Below, in pieces: positions 9,787 through 20,571 of a DNA stretch of 64,000 bases (position 1 is its first letter; every line of letters begins with the position of its first letter). Below the pieces are notes generated by a model. It did not search any database and was not told where the DNA came from. It saw only the letters and a list, made by a program, of their open reading frames with translations. Where the stretch lies: the NCBI GenBank assembly GCA_037380845.1, contig JARRRI010000009.1, forward strand, positions 32,001 to 96,000, in the 5' to 3' direction. The DNA is from Candidatus Sulfobium sp. GTDB lineage: Bacteria; Nitrospirota; Thermodesulfovibrionia; Thermodesulfovibrionales; UBA6898. The position numbers and the translations under genes are program-made.

Positions 9787-9790
9787 TTAA

Positions 9791-9820
9791 AGTATAGTTC
9801 ACGGCCGGATTCAATGTCAA
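9791..9820 (-). promoter_or_regulatory. Sigma70-type promoter of the thi operon
   Basis: TTGACA-18 nt-TATACT just upstream of the aptamer, overlapping the larB stop. Confidence 0.8.
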
Positions 9821-10554
9821 ACGCGGGAGTTTATCTTGTGTGCCAGGCACCCCGCCCCGAATCCGTTGTCGATGTTCATCACCGCGATGCCGGGCACGCA
9901 GGAGTTGAGCATCGCAAAAAGTGCGGTAAGACCGCCCAGACTCGTCCCATAGCCGGTAGAGGTGGGCACGGCGATAATGGGTTTATTAGTCATCCCCCCC
10001 ACAACCGAGGGCAGGGCCCCTTCCATGCCGGCCACAACGATTATCACGCGCGCCCTTTCCACGCTGGCCATGCTGTCCATCAGCCTGTGAAGTCCGGCAA
10101 CACCCACATCATATACGGACTGTACCCTGCTCCCCAGGAAAGAAGCCGTTGCGGCAGCCTCCTCAGCCGCCGCTATATCAGACGTCCCGGCCGTCAGCAC
10201 CAGAACGCCGCCCTTTTTCTGTTTTCTTTCGCCTACTGAAATAATACCGGATGCCGGATAATAAACGGCACCCCTGATTCCAAGGGCGTCATGGATTTCC
10301 CTGGAAGCCTTGGTTATAAGAAAACGCCTGCTCTTTTTATGCATGGCCCGGGCTATTGCAAGCACCTGGTCTTCTGTCTTTCCCGATGCAAAAACGACCT
10401 CGGGGATCCCCTGTCTCAGGTCCCTGTGATGGTCTATTCGCGCAAAAGCGATATCTTCGTATGGCAAGTGTCTCAGTTTTTCTGCAGCCTCTTTCACGGA
10501 CATCCGGCCTGCCCTGACCAAACCCAGTATGTCTCTTATCGAGCCGCTATCCAA
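9817..10554 (-). CDS. larB: Nickel-pincer cofactor biosynthesis protein LarB (PurE-like carboxylase)
   Basis: IDHHR, AGTSD, DVGVAGLHRL, AGMEGALPS, VPTSTGYG, NIDNGFGA. Confidence 0.92.
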   Translation of the reverse strand: MDSGSIRDILGLVRAGRMSVKEAAEKLRHLPYEDIAFARIDHHRDLRQGIPEVVFASGKTEDQVLAIARAMHKKSRRFLITKASREIHDALGIRGAVYYPASGIISVGERKQKKGGVLVLTAGTSDIAAAEEAAATASFLGSRVQSVYDVGVAGLHRLMDSMASVERARVIIVVAGMEGALPSVVGGMTNKPIIAVPTSTGYGTSLGGLTALFAMLNSCVPGIAVMNIDNGFGAGCLAHKINSRV

Positions 10555-10642
10555 TTTATATAATCCTCCCTGAAACAGGATTTCCTCCGGATTGAAGAAA
10601 ATACATTACGGTTCTGCGTCAATAACTGCCTCATGTGGGGGA

Positions 10643-10663
10643 CCTGCCTGCCGGCGGGCATGG
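10643..10663. repeat. Short GC-rich palindrome (REP-like)
   Basis: CCTGCCTGCCGGCGGGCATGG, imperfect palindrome in intergenic DNA. Confidence 0.4.
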
Positions 10664-10738
10664 GCACGAGGGGTTAAGAATCCCCGGGCCGGCAACATCC
10701 CCTCAGACTGTTCACAATAACCGTTGTATCTCATGAAG

Positions 10739-11728
10739 TCAGAATTCCGACTTGAGGGACCGGGTCATCAGCGTTCTGACCGCCTCGGCCGGGTCGGTAT
10801 CCTCGTATATCACCCTGTATACCTGTTCCACAATCGGCATCTCTACACCATGCCTGCGCGAAAGCTCAAAGGCAGACTGTGCTGTAGCAATACCCTCTGC
10901 AACACTCCTCGTCATCGAAAGAATGGCACTGAGTTTCAACCCCTCCCCGAGCCTGACTCCGACCGTATAATTCCTGGAAAGGGGGCTCGTGCAAGTGAGT
11001 ATAAGGTCCCCGAGTCCGCTCAGTCCCGAGAATGTCCTCTTGTCGGCCCCCATCCGCTCGCCCAACCGTGTAATCTCTGCGATGCCCCTGGTAATCAGAG
11101 CGGCTCTTGCATTGTAACCGAGATGGAGGCCGTCGCAGATGCCTGCCGCTATCGCTATGACGTTCTTGAGGGCGCCTCCGAGTTCGACGCCGAGCACGTC
11201 CCTGTGTGTGTATACTCTGAAATAGTCGGTCGTGAAGATCTCCTGAAGCAGAAGCCCTGTTTCCGGGCTTCTGGCCGCAAGCGTGACAGCCGTCGGAAAC
11301 CTTCGTATCACCTCCTTCGCGAAGCTGGGGCCTGAAATAACCGCCGCCTCGATGCCGGAAAGCTCGCCGAGTATTTCAGACACCGTCTTGAGCGATCCCT
11401 GCTCAATCCCTTTCGAGGCACTTATAACCAGCGCATCTTCGTGAATGTGCTGCACAACCTCGCGGAACACGGCCCTGGTAAACTGGGTCGGGACCACGTT
11501 GACAACGTAGCGGGCCTTTCTGACCGCCTCCCGGATATCACCGGTCGCCGGCAGACCGCGCGGCAGGTCGACATCAGGCAAATAAACACTGTTGCGTCCG
11601 GCACCGTTTATCTCCTCCGCAAGCTCTCTTTCATGTACCCAGAGGGCGACATCGTATCCCTTTTCGAAGAGAAGACACGCCAGAGTGGTACCCCAGCTTC
11701 CAGCACCGATCACGGCGATATAGCTCAT
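10739..11728 (-). CDS. gpsA: NAD(P)H-dependent glycerol-3-phosphate dehydrogenase
   Basis: GAGSWGT, SKGIE, SGPSFA, GALKNVIAIAAG, SRN. Confidence 0.96.
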   Translation of the reverse strand: MSYIAVIGAGSWGTTLACLLFEKGYDVALWVHERELAEEINGAGRNSVYLPDVDLPRGLPATGDIREAVRKARYVVNVVPTQFTRAVFREVVQHIHEDALVISASKGIEQGSLKTVSEILGELSGIEAAVISGPSFAKEVIRRFPTAVTLAARSPETGLLLQEIFTTDYFRVYTHRDVLGVELGGALKNVIAIAAGICDGLHLGYNARAALITRGIAEITRLGERMGADKRTFSGLSGLGDLILTCTSPLSRNYTVGVRLGEGLKLSAILSMTRSVAEGIATAQSAFELSRRHGVEMPIVEQVYRVIYEDTDPAEAVRTLMTRSLKSEF

Positions 11729-11804
11729 CTTTCGCCCTCATCAACCCCCGTTGCTTCCTCGCAAGGGTCAAACCATGCCGACAGGTTGCGCCGCCACGGG
11801 CAGG

Positions 11805-13493
11805 TCATTTTCTTCCCTTCTCAATCCTGGCCCACGTATCCTTCAGGGAGACGGTCCGGTTGAAAACCATCTTGCCCGCTGAAGAATCAGGGTCCACAGT
11901 AAAATATCCAAGCCTCTCGAACTGGTACCGTCTTCCCGGCGCCGCGCCGGCAAGGCCGGGCTCCAGGCGGCAGGACGTTAATACTTCCAGTGAATGAGGA
12001 TTCAGAAAGGACCTGAAATCACGGTCCTCATTCTCCTCTTCACCGACATCAGTCAGAAGATGATCGTAAAGCCGCACCTCGGACTCGATAGCGTGCCTTG
12101 CCGACACCCAGTGAAGGGTGGCCTTCACTTTGCGCCCGTCCGGCGCATCACCGCCGCGTGTCTCCGGATCATAGGTGCAGCGGAGTTCGGTCACTTCACC
12201 GGTCTTCTCATCTTTAATCGCGTCCACGCAGGTGACGTAATAGGCATACCTGAGCCGAACCTCGCGCCCCGGCGACAGCCGGTAAAACTTCCGGGGCGGG
12301 TTCTCGCGATAATCGTCTCTTTCTATATACAAGACTCGCGAAAAGGGCACTTTGCGCGAGCCCATCCCCGGGTCCTCGGGATTATTTACGGCATCCAGCT
12401 CCTCAACCCGGTCTTCCGGGTAATTGACGATGACCACCCTCAGGGGGTTCAGTACAGCCATGACGCGGGGAGCGCTTTTATTAAGGTCTTCCCTGACACA
12501 ATGCTCAAGAAGCGCCATGTCGACCGTGCTGTCTCTCTTGGCCACCCCTATGCGGTCGCAGAAATTTCTCAGCGACTCAGGCGTGTACCCCCGCCGCCTC
12601 AACCCCGACAAGCTAGGCATCCTCGGATCATCCCATCCCGAAACATGCCCTTCCCTCACCAACTGAATGAGCTTCCTCTTGCTCAATACCGTATGGCTGA
12701 GATTCAGCCGCGCAAACTCTAGCTGGCGCGGATGACACTCTGTCTTCAGTTCGTCGAGAAACCAGTCGTACAGAGGCCGATGGTCCTCAAATTCGAGCGT
12801 GCAGAGGGAATGAGTAATCCCTTCAATGGCGTCGGAAATGCAGTGCGCGAAGTCATACATCGGATAGATACACCACGAATCGCCGGTCCTGTGGTGAGAG
12901 GTCCGCTGTATGCGGTACATTACCGGGTCTCTCATGTTCAGGTTTCCGGAGGCCATATCTATCCTGGCCCGGAGGGTCCTGGAGCCGTCTTCGAATTCTC
13001 CCCTCCGCATTCTCCCGAAGAGGTCCAGGTTCTCTTCTAGCGGCCGGCCGCGGAAAGGGCTTTCCCGGCCCGGTTCTGTCAGCGTGCCCCTGTACTCCCT
13101 TATCTGGTCGGCACTGAGATCACAGACATAAGCCTTTCCCGCCCCGATCAGCCGGACAGCATAATCATAAAGCCTCTCGAAGTAGTCCGACGCATAATAG
13201 AGCCGGTCATCCCAGTCGAAACCGAGCCACCGGACATCCGCCTTTATAGATTCTACGTATTCCGCCTCCTCCTTGCTGGGGTTGGTGTCGTCGAAACGCA
13301 GATTACAGAGGCCACCGTATTCGGAGGCAACTCCGAAATTGAGGCAGATGGATTTCGCATGTCCGATATGGAGATATCCGTTCGGTTCCGGAGGGAACCG
13401 GGTGTGGACATGTCTCCCGTATCTTCCCGACTCCAGGTCTTCATCAATCATGGCCCGGATAAAATCCTTCGGCCTTCCAGAGCCCGTATTCAA
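11805..13493 (-). CDS. glnS: Glutaminyl-tRNA synthetase
   Basis: [37 protein letters not shown]. Confidence 0.96.
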   Translation of the reverse strand: MNTGSGRPKDFIRAMIDEDLESGRYGRHVHTRFPPEPNGYLHIGHAKSICLNFGVASEYGGLCNLRFDDTNPSKEEAEYVESIKADVRWLGFDWDDRLYYASDYFERLYDYAVRLIGAGKAYVCDLSADQIREYRGTLTEPGRESPFRGRPLEENLDLFGRMRRGEFEDGSRTLRARIDMASGNLNMRDPVMYRIQRTSHHRTGDSWCIYPMYDFAHCISDAIEGITHSLCTLEFEDHRPLYDWFLDELKTECHPRQLEFARLNLSHTVLSKRKLIQLVREGHVSGWDDPRMPSLSGLRRRGYTPESLRNFCDRIGVAKRDSTVDMALLEHCVREDLNKSAPRVMAVLNPLRVVIVNYPEDRVEELDAVNNPEDPGMGSRKVPFSRVLYIERDDYRENPPRKFYRLSPGREVRLRYAYYVTCVDAIKDEKTGEVTELRCTYDPETRGGDAPDGRKVKATLHWVSARHAIESEVRLYDHLLTDVGEEENEDRDFRSFLNPHSLEVLTSCRLEPGLAGAAPGRRYQFERLGYFTVDPDSSAGKMVFNRTVSLKDTWARIEKGRK

Positions 13494-13618
13494 TATTGAA
13501 GCCCCCTTTTAGATAACACAATCCTTACGGCACTCCTATTCTAACACGCCAAGCCGAGAGCGAAAAGGACGCACATGACAGATGTTGAGCTGATCATGTG
13601 AAGCTTGACGCCTCTGAT

Positions 13619-15043
13619 TTACGCCGCGTCGGGACCTATTGACTGTATGGCCTTGTCAAGTCTTTTTAATGTCTTTTCCCGGCCCATGATCTCTATCACC
13701 TCGAATATGCCGGGACTCACCGTCCCCCCGGTCAGGGCCACGCGCACGGGTTGAGCGAGCGCTCCAAGCTTGATCTGCCGCCTCTCCATTATGCCGGTGA
13801 ACACCTTTTCCAGCTCCGCCGCCGAAAAGTCCGTCATTTTTCCGAGTTCTTCTCGCAACTCGCTCAACAGAGGCAGGCTCTTTTGGTTCAGGAACTTGAC
13901 CCCGGCCTTTTCCTCATACGCTACTTCTTCAGAAATGTAATACCTGAGGGATTGAGCGAGTTCGACCAGCGTGCGCGACCGTTCCTGCAGGGTCGCAACA
14001 GCCTTCGAAAGCCATACCCTGTCTATCTCCTGTCCCTCGCCCGCCACCTTCTCCCGCACGAGGAAAGGCATGACGAGATCCGCAAGTTCTTCCGGCGACC
14101 TGCGCATGATATACTGGCCGTTGAGCCACAGGAGTTTTTCGGGATTAAAGACAGCAGCGGCCCTCCCGACATTTTCGAAAGAAAAATACTTTATCAGCTC
14201 CTCCCGTGAAAATATCTCCTGATCGCCGTAAGACCAGCCCAGCCTTACGAGGTAGTTGATAAGCGCCTCGGGCAGATATCCCATTTCACGGTATGCAGTA
14301 ACCGACGTTGCGCCATGCCTCTTCGAAAGCCTCGCCTTGTCCGCACCCAGTATCATGGGGAGATGTGCAAACCCGGGCACTTTATATCCCAGAGCACGGT
14401 AGATCTGGACCTGTTTCGGAGTATTGTTCAGGTGGTCGTCGCCCCTGATGACGTGAGTGATCCCCATATCTACGTCATCCACCACGACCGTCAGATTGTA
14501 GGTAGGCGTCCCGTCCGACCGCATGATGATAAGGTCGTCGAGCTGGGCGTTTTCGAAGACGACCTTGCCTTTTATGAGGTCGTCGACAACGGTCTGTCCT
14601 GCCTGCGGCATCAGGAACCTCACAACAGGCGATACCCCCGGCACAGGCTCCTTCAGGCCCCTGCACCGGCCGTCATACTTTGGAAGTCGGCCGCCGGCAA
14701 TGGCCTCCCTGCGCCGGTCCTCCAGTTCTTCGGGAGAGCAGTAGCAGTAGTATGCCTTGCCCTCCCGGACCAGCTTCTCCACATAGCTCCTGTATAGGTC
14801 AAACCGGTCTGTCTGCCTGAAAGGGCCTTCATCCCAGTCAAGGCCCAGCCACTCCATTCCTTCTATAATCGCCTCTATATATTCATCGGTAGAACGGGTC
14901 CTGTCGGTGTCCTCAATACGGAGGATAAAAGCCCCGTCGCTGTGCCGCGCGTACAACCAGTTGAAAAGCGCCGTCCTCGCTCCGCCGATATGGAGGAAGC
15001 CCGTCGGGCTGGGTGCAAAACGAACTCGTATGTTATCGCTCAA
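13619..15043 (-). CDS. gltX: Glutamyl-tRNA synthetase
   Basis: [22 protein letters not shown] start with GAGGAGG SD. Confidence 0.97.
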   Translation of the reverse strand: MSDNIRVRFAPSPTGFLHIGGARTALFNWLYARHSDGAFILRIEDTDRTRSTDEYIEAIIEGMEWLGLDWDEGPFRQTDRFDLYRSYVEKLVREGKAYYCYCSPEELEDRRREAIAGGRLPKYDGRCRGLKEPVPGVSPVVRFLMPQAGQTVVDDLIKGKVVFENAQLDDLIIMRSDGTPTYNLTVVVDDVDMGITHVIRGDDHLNNTPKQVQIYRALGYKVPGFAHLPMILGADKARLSKRHGATSVTAYREMGYLPEALINYLVRLGWSYGDQEIFSREELIKYFSFENVGRAAAVFNPEKLLWLNGQYIMRRSPEELADLVMPFLVREKVAGEGQEIDRVWLSKAVATLQERSRTLVELAQSLRYYISEEVAYEEKAGVKFLNQKSLPLLSELREELGKMTDFSAAELEKVFTGIMERRQIKLGALAQPVRVALTGGTVSPGIFEVIEIMGREKTLKRLDKAIQSIGPDAA

Positions 15044-15055
15044 AAAAACCTCCTC

Positions 15056-16438
15056 TTACTGATTTTTTCCTTTCCTTATTATAAGCTTCAGAAATCTTTC
15101 TGTCCCGTGTCCGACCCTGAACCTCTCATCCGCCCGGTAACCCGCTATCCAGACAATATCTCCCCGGCTGACGACAACAGGTATACTGTCCCTTTCCTCC
15201 CTTGGCACCTTCTCATCGACGAAGAAATCCTGAAGTTTCTTCCTCCTTCCGAACCCCAGCGGATAAAAATAGTCACCTTTCCTCCGGGAACGTATCGAAA
15301 GGGGAAAAGACATCTTTCCCGCGTCGAGAAGCACTGAGGACCTTCCGTCTCCCGGCTCATCCCCCTGTCCTTCGAAAGAAGCCGTAATCACTGCCCCGGT
15401 GCCGGAGACTACAACATCGCCCGGGGGATCGAGCGAGTATGAGGCGATTCTTACAGGGTGCTCACGGGTCATCACCAGAAGAGAGTACTCCCTGATGACC
15501 CTTACATCTCCGGGCAGGTAAAGCCTGTCTCCGGAACTTCCGTTCCTGATCAATCTGATGATATTCTCTATATGTGAAAAACTTATTCCCTTCAGCCCCC
15601 TGGTCTCATCGATCGCCCTCCTGAGGACCCTCCTGAGGACGACTATGTCGAGGCTTTCCATGGGTACCAGAAAAAGTTCGATCCTTTCCTCCGTCTTCCT
15701 GCTGATCAGTTTCATCAGCGTCCTGGTCACGATCACGTCGAAATACCGCTCCTCCTCCTGCATTACGGCTATGCTCTTCAGCACCGTTTCGGTAAAATTC
15801 GGATTAAACCCTTTCAAGGCCGGCATGAGCGTCTTCCGTATCCTGTTGCGCAGATACTCCGCTTTCAGGTTGGAGGAGTCAACAACGAAGGTGAGGTTCT
15901 CCCGGGAAAGGAACCTTTCAATATCCCGCCGTTCAATCTCTATCAAAGGCCTGATGATCTTTCCCCTCTTCGGAGGAATACCCGAAAGGCCTTTCGGCCC
16001 CGATCCCCTGAGCAGTCTCATCATAAAGGTCTCCACCTGGTCGTCGGCGTTATGGCCCAGCGCTATCCTGGCGGCTCCGGCCTCCCGGGCAGCCTCATGA
16101 AAAGCGGCGTACCTGAGTTCACGGGCCGCCTCCTGTTTGTTAAGGCCTTGCTCACCGGCGAGAGACCTTACGTCCACCGGCTTCACTGAAAAGGCTATAC
16201 CCAGACCACCGCAAAGCTCACGGCAGAAATCTATCTCCCCCGGTACCTCAGCCGGTCTGAGATTGTGGTCGACATAAACAGCGCAGACCGTTATGTTCAA
16301 CTCATCCCTCAGGCTAAGCAGCACGTGAAGAAGACATACCGAGTCCGGCCCGCCGGAAAGACCTGCCAGAACGTTCTCTCCCCCGCTCAGCATCGAATAT
16401 CTCTCAATTGTTGCGTTTGCGCGTTCTCTTAAATCCAT
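15056..16438 (-). CDS. tilS: tRNA(Ile)-lysidine synthetase
   Basis: SGGPDS PP-loop, AARELRY, HNADDQVET, TilS C-terminal domain. Confidence 0.96.
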   Translation of the reverse strand: MDLRERANATIERYSMLSGGENVLAGLSGGPDSVCLLHVLLSLRDELNITVCAVYVDHNLRPAEVPGEIDFCRELCGGLGIAFSVKPVDVRSLAGEQGLNKQEAARELRYAAFHEAAREAGAARIALGHNADDQVETFMMRLLRGSGPKGLSGIPPKRGKIIRPLIEIERRDIERFLSRENLTFVVDSSNLKAEYLRNRIRKTLMPALKGFNPNFTETVLKSIAVMQEEERYFDVIVTRTLMKLISRKTEERIELFLVPMESLDIVVLRRVLRRAIDETRGLKGISFSHIENIIRLIRNGSSGDRLYLPGDVRVIREYSLLVMTREHPVRIASYSLDPPGDVVVSGTGAVITASFEGQGDEPGDGRSSVLLDAGKMSFPLSIRSRRKGDYFYPLGFGRRKKLQDFFVDEKVPREERDSIPVVVSRGDIVWIAGYRADERFRVGHGTERFLKLIIRKGKNQ

Positions 16439-16489
16439 TGGTCACAACTTCCAGCCGGTCTCCGGTCAGAGCCTGTACAACTCACACTC

Positions 16490-16560
16490 TGCCATTGTCC
16501 CGACCTGTCCCGAATCAAGTTGAAACAGCTGGAATCCCCGATAAAGGTCGTGGAATGACA
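16490..16560. repeat. Degenerate REP/MITE-like element (GTCATT...AATGAC family)
   Basis: Ends TGCCATT...GGAATGACA; related to copies at 52206, 54043, 62979. Confidence 0.45.
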
Positions 16561-16648
16561 GCCGGCTTAAATGATACTTCAGAGACTAATTATATTATTA
16601 TAAGTAGGATATGCTCAAGAAGTGGAATGAGATCATGGCGGCCGCAAA

Positions 16649-16825
16649 ATGAGAGACGGGAAAGCTTCCCGGCAGGGCCGTAGAAAAAAGGAGCGCGCTG
16701 CAGCCGCGGGGCGCCAGGCGGTTTACGGCGATAAAGTCTCGATCTGTGCCAACGCGAAATGCGTGATGCGAAAGAACGCGAAATGCTCCGGCTTCGAGGG
16801 ATGCCCCGGATTTAAAGGAAAATGA
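16649..16825 (+). CDS. Small basic four-cysteine protein (58 aa), absent from the ORF track
   Basis: MRDGKASRQGRRKKERAAAAGRQAVYGDKVSICANAKCVMRKNAKCSGFEGCPGFKGK; stop abuts the rodZ stop. Confidence 0.55.
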   Translation: MRDGKASRQGRRKKERAAAAGRQAVYGDKVSICANAKCVMRKNAKCSGFEGCPGFKGK

Positions 16826-17599
16826 TTATTCCCCGGTTTCCGCTGCGGGAAGAGTCACTGTCCTGACCTGTCCGGGGCCGCCCGGTTTACCCAGGTCTCT
16901 TCCGTCCAGGTTAATGTTTATTCCCCCGGCATTACCTACTTTCAGAGACGCCTTGCCCGAGAAGGGCCAGTTCTTCGATTGGCCTGGCCGAAGAAGCATC
17001 TCTTCCCTCCTTCCGTTTTCAAAAGTCACGGATATCCACGTGGTGTCCGCCGCGGTTACGGACAAATTATGTTCTCCGGAAGCCGCCTGCTTTTCAGGCA
17101 GTTCGGGGCCGCGGACCGGAATCGCCTCCCCTCCTCCGCTGTGTTGAAAAACCTCACCTCTCTGCGCGGGTTCGGAACCGGCCGCTGCACCGCCGGCGGA
17201 TGCTCTCCCGGCTGCGGGCGATCCCGCCACGGAATCAACATTTCTTTCTTTCGGGACGCGGGGGAACAACAGGAAGGCGACAAAAAGCAGACCCATCACT
17301 GCGACCAGATAACCAAGTCTGGAACTCTTTTTTTGTGAAAAGGCTATCGGAATGATAGTCGACGGTTGCGGCTGGGACAGATGCTCCCTGTAAAACTGAA
17401 TGATGGAATCGGCGTCGATACCGACAAAAGCTGCATAACACCGTATATATCCCATGGTATATACAGGCACCGGCAGCTTTTCGAATGCGTCATTCTCTAT
17501 TGCGGCGAGATAATCTTCCCCGATCTTCAATGATTCTGCTATTTCGTGGATTTCAAGACCTAGATCTTCGCGTCTGTGCTTTAAGATCTCTCCCGCCAA
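16826..17599 (-). CDS. rodZ: RodZ-like protein (HTH, TM, DUF4115)
   Basis: N-terminal Xre-type HTH (GYIRCYA), one TM, C-terminal KVGNAGG...LGKPGQV domain. Confidence 0.8.
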   Translation of the reverse strand: MAGEILKHRREDLGLEIHEIAESLKIGEDYLAAIENDAFEKLPVPVYTMGYIRCYAAFVGIDADSIIQFYREHLSQPQPSTIIPIAFSQKKSSRLGYLVAVMGLLFVAFLLFPRVPKERNVDSVAGSPAAGRASAGGAAAGSEPAQRGEVFQHSGGGEAIPVRGPELPEKQAASGEHNLSVTAADTTWISVTFENGRREEMLLRPGQSKNWPFSGKASLKVGNAGGININLDGRDLGKPGGPGQVRTVTLPAAETGE

Positions 17600-17706
17600 A
17601 CTCGCCTCGGTTTTTATTTAAGATAACACACATATCGATTATTTTCAAAGAATATCGGTCCTTGCCCGTGTCAGTATTGTAAACGCTCGTGGTAATATAG
17701 TTAACA

Positions 17707-18987
17707 ATGAACAGAGTCGTGGTAACAGGGGTAGGGGCCGTGACACCGCTGGGGAATACCTTCCGCGAGTCCTGGGAAGCGGCCAGGGAAGGCAAAACCG
17801 GGATAGGACCAACCACAAGGATCGACACATCCTGCATCCCCTGGAAGGTAGCAGGAGAATTAAAAGGTTTCAACCCGTCTCCTTTTCTCGGCCCCAAGGA
17901 GATAAAACGCACGGACCCTTTCATCCATTACGCGGTGGCAGCGGCCGTGATGGCCGCCGGCGACGCCGGACTGGTCAAAGGGTTCCCGGCTGAAGACAAT
18001 TACGGGTGGAGACCATACAGCGAGTATCTCAATGCAGGCGGGATTATCATTGGTTCAAGCCGGGGCGGCATAACTACGATAGAACGGGCACTGCTGAAAA
18101 ATTCCGCTCTGACTGCCCGGCCGGAGGGCGCCCCCTTATTTCTCAGGCCTTCCCCCTATCTGATGCCGGCGACAACTATCGGCATGGCCGCAACCTATAG
18201 TGCCCAGGTACTCGGGATCAAAGGGCATTGTCTCGGCATTTCGAATGCCTGCTCGTCGGGCCTGAATGCCATAGGAGAGGCTTTCAGGTTACTGAGGAGC
18301 GGCTACACCGGCCCGGTACTTGCCGGCGGCTCCGAGGCGCCTATCTGCAGGTTGTGCGTAGAGGGATACGGAGTCTCCGGGGCGTTGTCACGGACAGAAG
18401 ACTTTTCGGCCAGCAGACCCTTTGCCCGGACGCGGGACGGCTTTGTCATAGCAGAAGGCTCCTGCGTCCTGGTAATGGAGAGACTCGATCAGGCCTTGAG
18501 GAGGGGTGCCCTCATTTACGGCGAAATAACAGGCTATGCAAATACTGCGGATGCCTTCCACCAGACCAGGCCGGACACGGAGGGCGAGGTCCGTGCCATG
18601 AGACAGGCCGTAGCTGACGCGGGCATAAGACGGGATGAAATCGACTATGTCAATGCACACGGAACGTCTACCCTTCTCGGGGACCGGGCCGAAGCGGAAG
18701 CACTGGCCAGAGTTTTCGGTGAACTCATGCCTCGCACCCCGGTCAGCGCACTGAAGTCCATGACCGGCCATATGCTGGCGGCTTCAGGGGCCCTCGAGAC
18801 GGCCTTTACCCTCATGACCCTCAGGGAAGGCATCATACCGCCCACTCTGAATGTTTCAACGCGGGACAGCAGCTGCAATATCCCCCTGGTGAAAGAGCCG
18901 ACCCGGAAAAAAGTACGGCTCGCCCTTACTAATTCTTTCGGCTTCGGGGGAGTAAACACCGTCGTCGCTATGAAAAAATTTGTATGA
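17707..18987 (+). CDS. fabF: Beta-ketoacyl-ACP synthase II family protein
   Basis: RVVVTGVG, NACSSG, NAHGTST, KSMTGH, NSFGFGG. Confidence 0.88.
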   Translation: MNRVVVTGVGAVTPLGNTFRESWEAAREGKTGIGPTTRIDTSCIPWKVAGELKGFNPSPFLGPKEIKRTDPFIHYAVAAAVMAAGDAGLVKGFPAEDNYGWRPYSEYLNAGGIIIGSSRGGITTIERALLKNSALTARPEGAPLFLRPSPYLMPATTIGMAATYSAQVLGIKGHCLGISNACSSGLNAIGEAFRLLRSGYTGPVLAGGSEAPICRLCVEGYGVSGALSRTEDFSASRPFARTRDGFVIAEGSCVLVMERLDQALRRGALIYGEITGYANTADAFHQTRPDTEGEVRAMRQAVADAGIRRDEIDYVNAHGTSTLLGDRAEAEALARVFGELMPRTPVSALKSMTGHMLAASGALETAFTLMTLREGIIPPTLNVSTRDSSCNIPLVKEPTRKKVRLALTNSFGFGGVNTVVAMKKFV

Positions 18988-19019
18988 CTGACGCTGCGGG
19001 CTTCGTCTTTGTACCCGCT

Positions 19020-19374
19020 AAACAGGTCTCCCGGGTATCCGCCCTCTTCCTTCAGATACTGCTCCGCGATGTGAAACAGCGCTGGAGACTTCACCGTCAT
19101 TGATGAACTCAAAGAAACCGAAGAACCCCGTACGTTCTGCGTGAAATTCATTATGGCGCACGTCGACGAAAGAGATAATTCTTCCGGCGGGTCCGCCGTC
19201 TTTCAGGGCTGCGAAGTGTTTTGCACGGCCGCTGAAAGAAAGGGTTTCCGGCGGAAAAATGAACCTTCATTTCCCGGTTCAACTGAGGGACGAACAGCGG
19301 GTCTTTCAGGTAGAGAGCAAAAGGAGGCGGACAAAGCCATCGAGGAATCCGCCGGCCTCAATGACCTCTGTCAT
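19020..19374 (-). pseudogene. Frameshifted, truncated GNAT-family N-acyltransferase (bacterial ceramide synthase-like)
   Basis: ATG right after the spt-like stop; joining about 3 frameshifts gives MTEVIE...LYLKDPLFVPQL...NPFF...AGRIISFVDVRHNEFH...TGFFGFFEFIND...ALFHIAEQYLKEEG, then similarity is lost. Confidence 0.75.
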
Positions 19375-20571
19375 TTATATTATGCCCAGGGCCTTTCCCA
19401 CTTTTTCAAAGGCGCGCAGGACCTTGTCGAGTTGCTCATCTGTGTGAGTCGCCATATAACTGGTCCTGATGATGGACTTTCCGCTTGCGACGGCGGGACT
19501 GACCGCGACATTTGCGAATACCCCCTCTTCCTGCAGCATCCTGATCATGGCAAAGGCCTTCATGTCTTCACCGACCAGTATTGGAATAATCGGGGTTTCA
19601 GTGGGACCTATCTCAAAACCCAGCGACTTGAACCCTTCATGCATCTTCCATGTGTTGGACCATAATCTCTGTATGCGCTCCGGCTCGTTTTCGATGATGT
19701 CCAGTGCTGCGCCCACCGCGGCTATAGAGGCGGGCGGGGGACTGGCACTGAAAATCAATGCCCTTGCAAAATGCTTGATGTAGTGTATCACCTTCTCTTC
19801 GCCCGAGATAAACCCCCCGATCGAGGCAAGAGACTTGCTGTAAGTCCCCATTATAAGGTCGACTTCGTTTTCCAGGCCGAAATGTTCCGCCGTCCCGCGG
19901 CCGGTCTTGCCGAGGACCCCTATGCCGTGCGCGTCGTCGACCATTATTCTCGCGTTATACTTCCTGGCAAGAGAAACAACATCCGGCAGATTGACGACAT
20001 CCCCCTCCATGCTGAAGACGCCGTCAACGACGATCATTTTTTTGCGCTCCTTGTATTCTGCCAATATCCTCTCGAGATCCGCCATGTCGTTGTGCCGGAA
20101 CTTACGCACCTCTGCATAAGAGAGGCGGCAGCCGTCGATAATGCTCGCATGGTCCATCTTGTCGATTATGATGACATCGTCCTTCCCGGCCAGGGCTGAA
20201 ATCACGCCGAGATTAACCTGAAACCCCGTTGAAAAGACGAGTGCGGCTTCCTTTCTTATAAACCTGGCCAGCTTCTCTTCAAGCGCAACATGTATGTCCA
20301 GCGTGCCGTTCAGAAACCGGGAACCTGCGCACCCTGAACCGTACTTCGTCACCGCCGCCAGGGCCGCTTCTTTTACCGCAGGATGGTTCGTGAGTCCCAG
20401 ATAGTTGTTGGAACCCACCATTATCATTCTTTTCCCATTCATTACCACCTCAGGGTCCTGTGCGCTCTCTATGACCCTGAAATACGGGTACAACTCGGCT
20501 GCCATAAGCTCCTTCGCCTTCGTAAATCGGTAACACTTGTCGAACAAGTCTGAGTTTCTCTCTATAGCCAT
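19375..20571 (-). CDS. PLP-dependent alpha-oxoamine synthase, probably serine palmitoyltransferase
   Basis: [41 protein letters not shown] (SPT-type GT[F/Y]SKS); epimerase and GNAT neighbours. Confidence 0.8.
   Translation of the reverse strand: MAIERNSDLFDKCYRFTKAKELMAAELYPYFRVIESAQDPEVVMNGKRMIMVGSNNYLGLTNHPAVKEAALAAVTKYGSGCAGSRFLNGTLDIHVALEEKLARFIRKEAALVFSTGFQVNLGVISALAGKDDVIIIDKMDHASIIDGCRLSYAEVRKFRHNDMADLERILAEYKERKKMIVVDGVFSMEGDVVNLPDVVSLARKYNARIMVDDAHGIGVLGKTGRGTAEHFGLENEVDLIMGTYSKSLASIGGFISGEEKVIHYIKHFARALIFSASPPPASIAAVGAALDIIENEPERIQRLWSNTWKMHEGFKSLGFEIGPTETPIIPILVGEDMKAFAMIRMLQEEGVFANVAVSPAVASGKSIIRTSYMATHTDEQLDKVLRAFEKVGKALGII

Noticed and set aside
9817..10554. Lone larB as a novel system
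   Set aside because: lar biosynthesis genes are often dispersed; partners may lie outside the window.
11805..15043. Adjacent glnS and gltX as unusual
   Set aside because: Both are canonical and their co-occurrence is common.
17970..18150. Two short extra segments in FabF as heptamer-element insertions
   Set aside because: Extra residues seem present but no clear 7-nt periodicity remains, so it cannot be supported.
18645..19665. Track ORFs 18645-19151 (-) and 19141-19665 (+) as real genes
   Set aside because: Explained by overlap with fabF, the spt-like gene and fragments of the frameshifted GNAT pseudogene.
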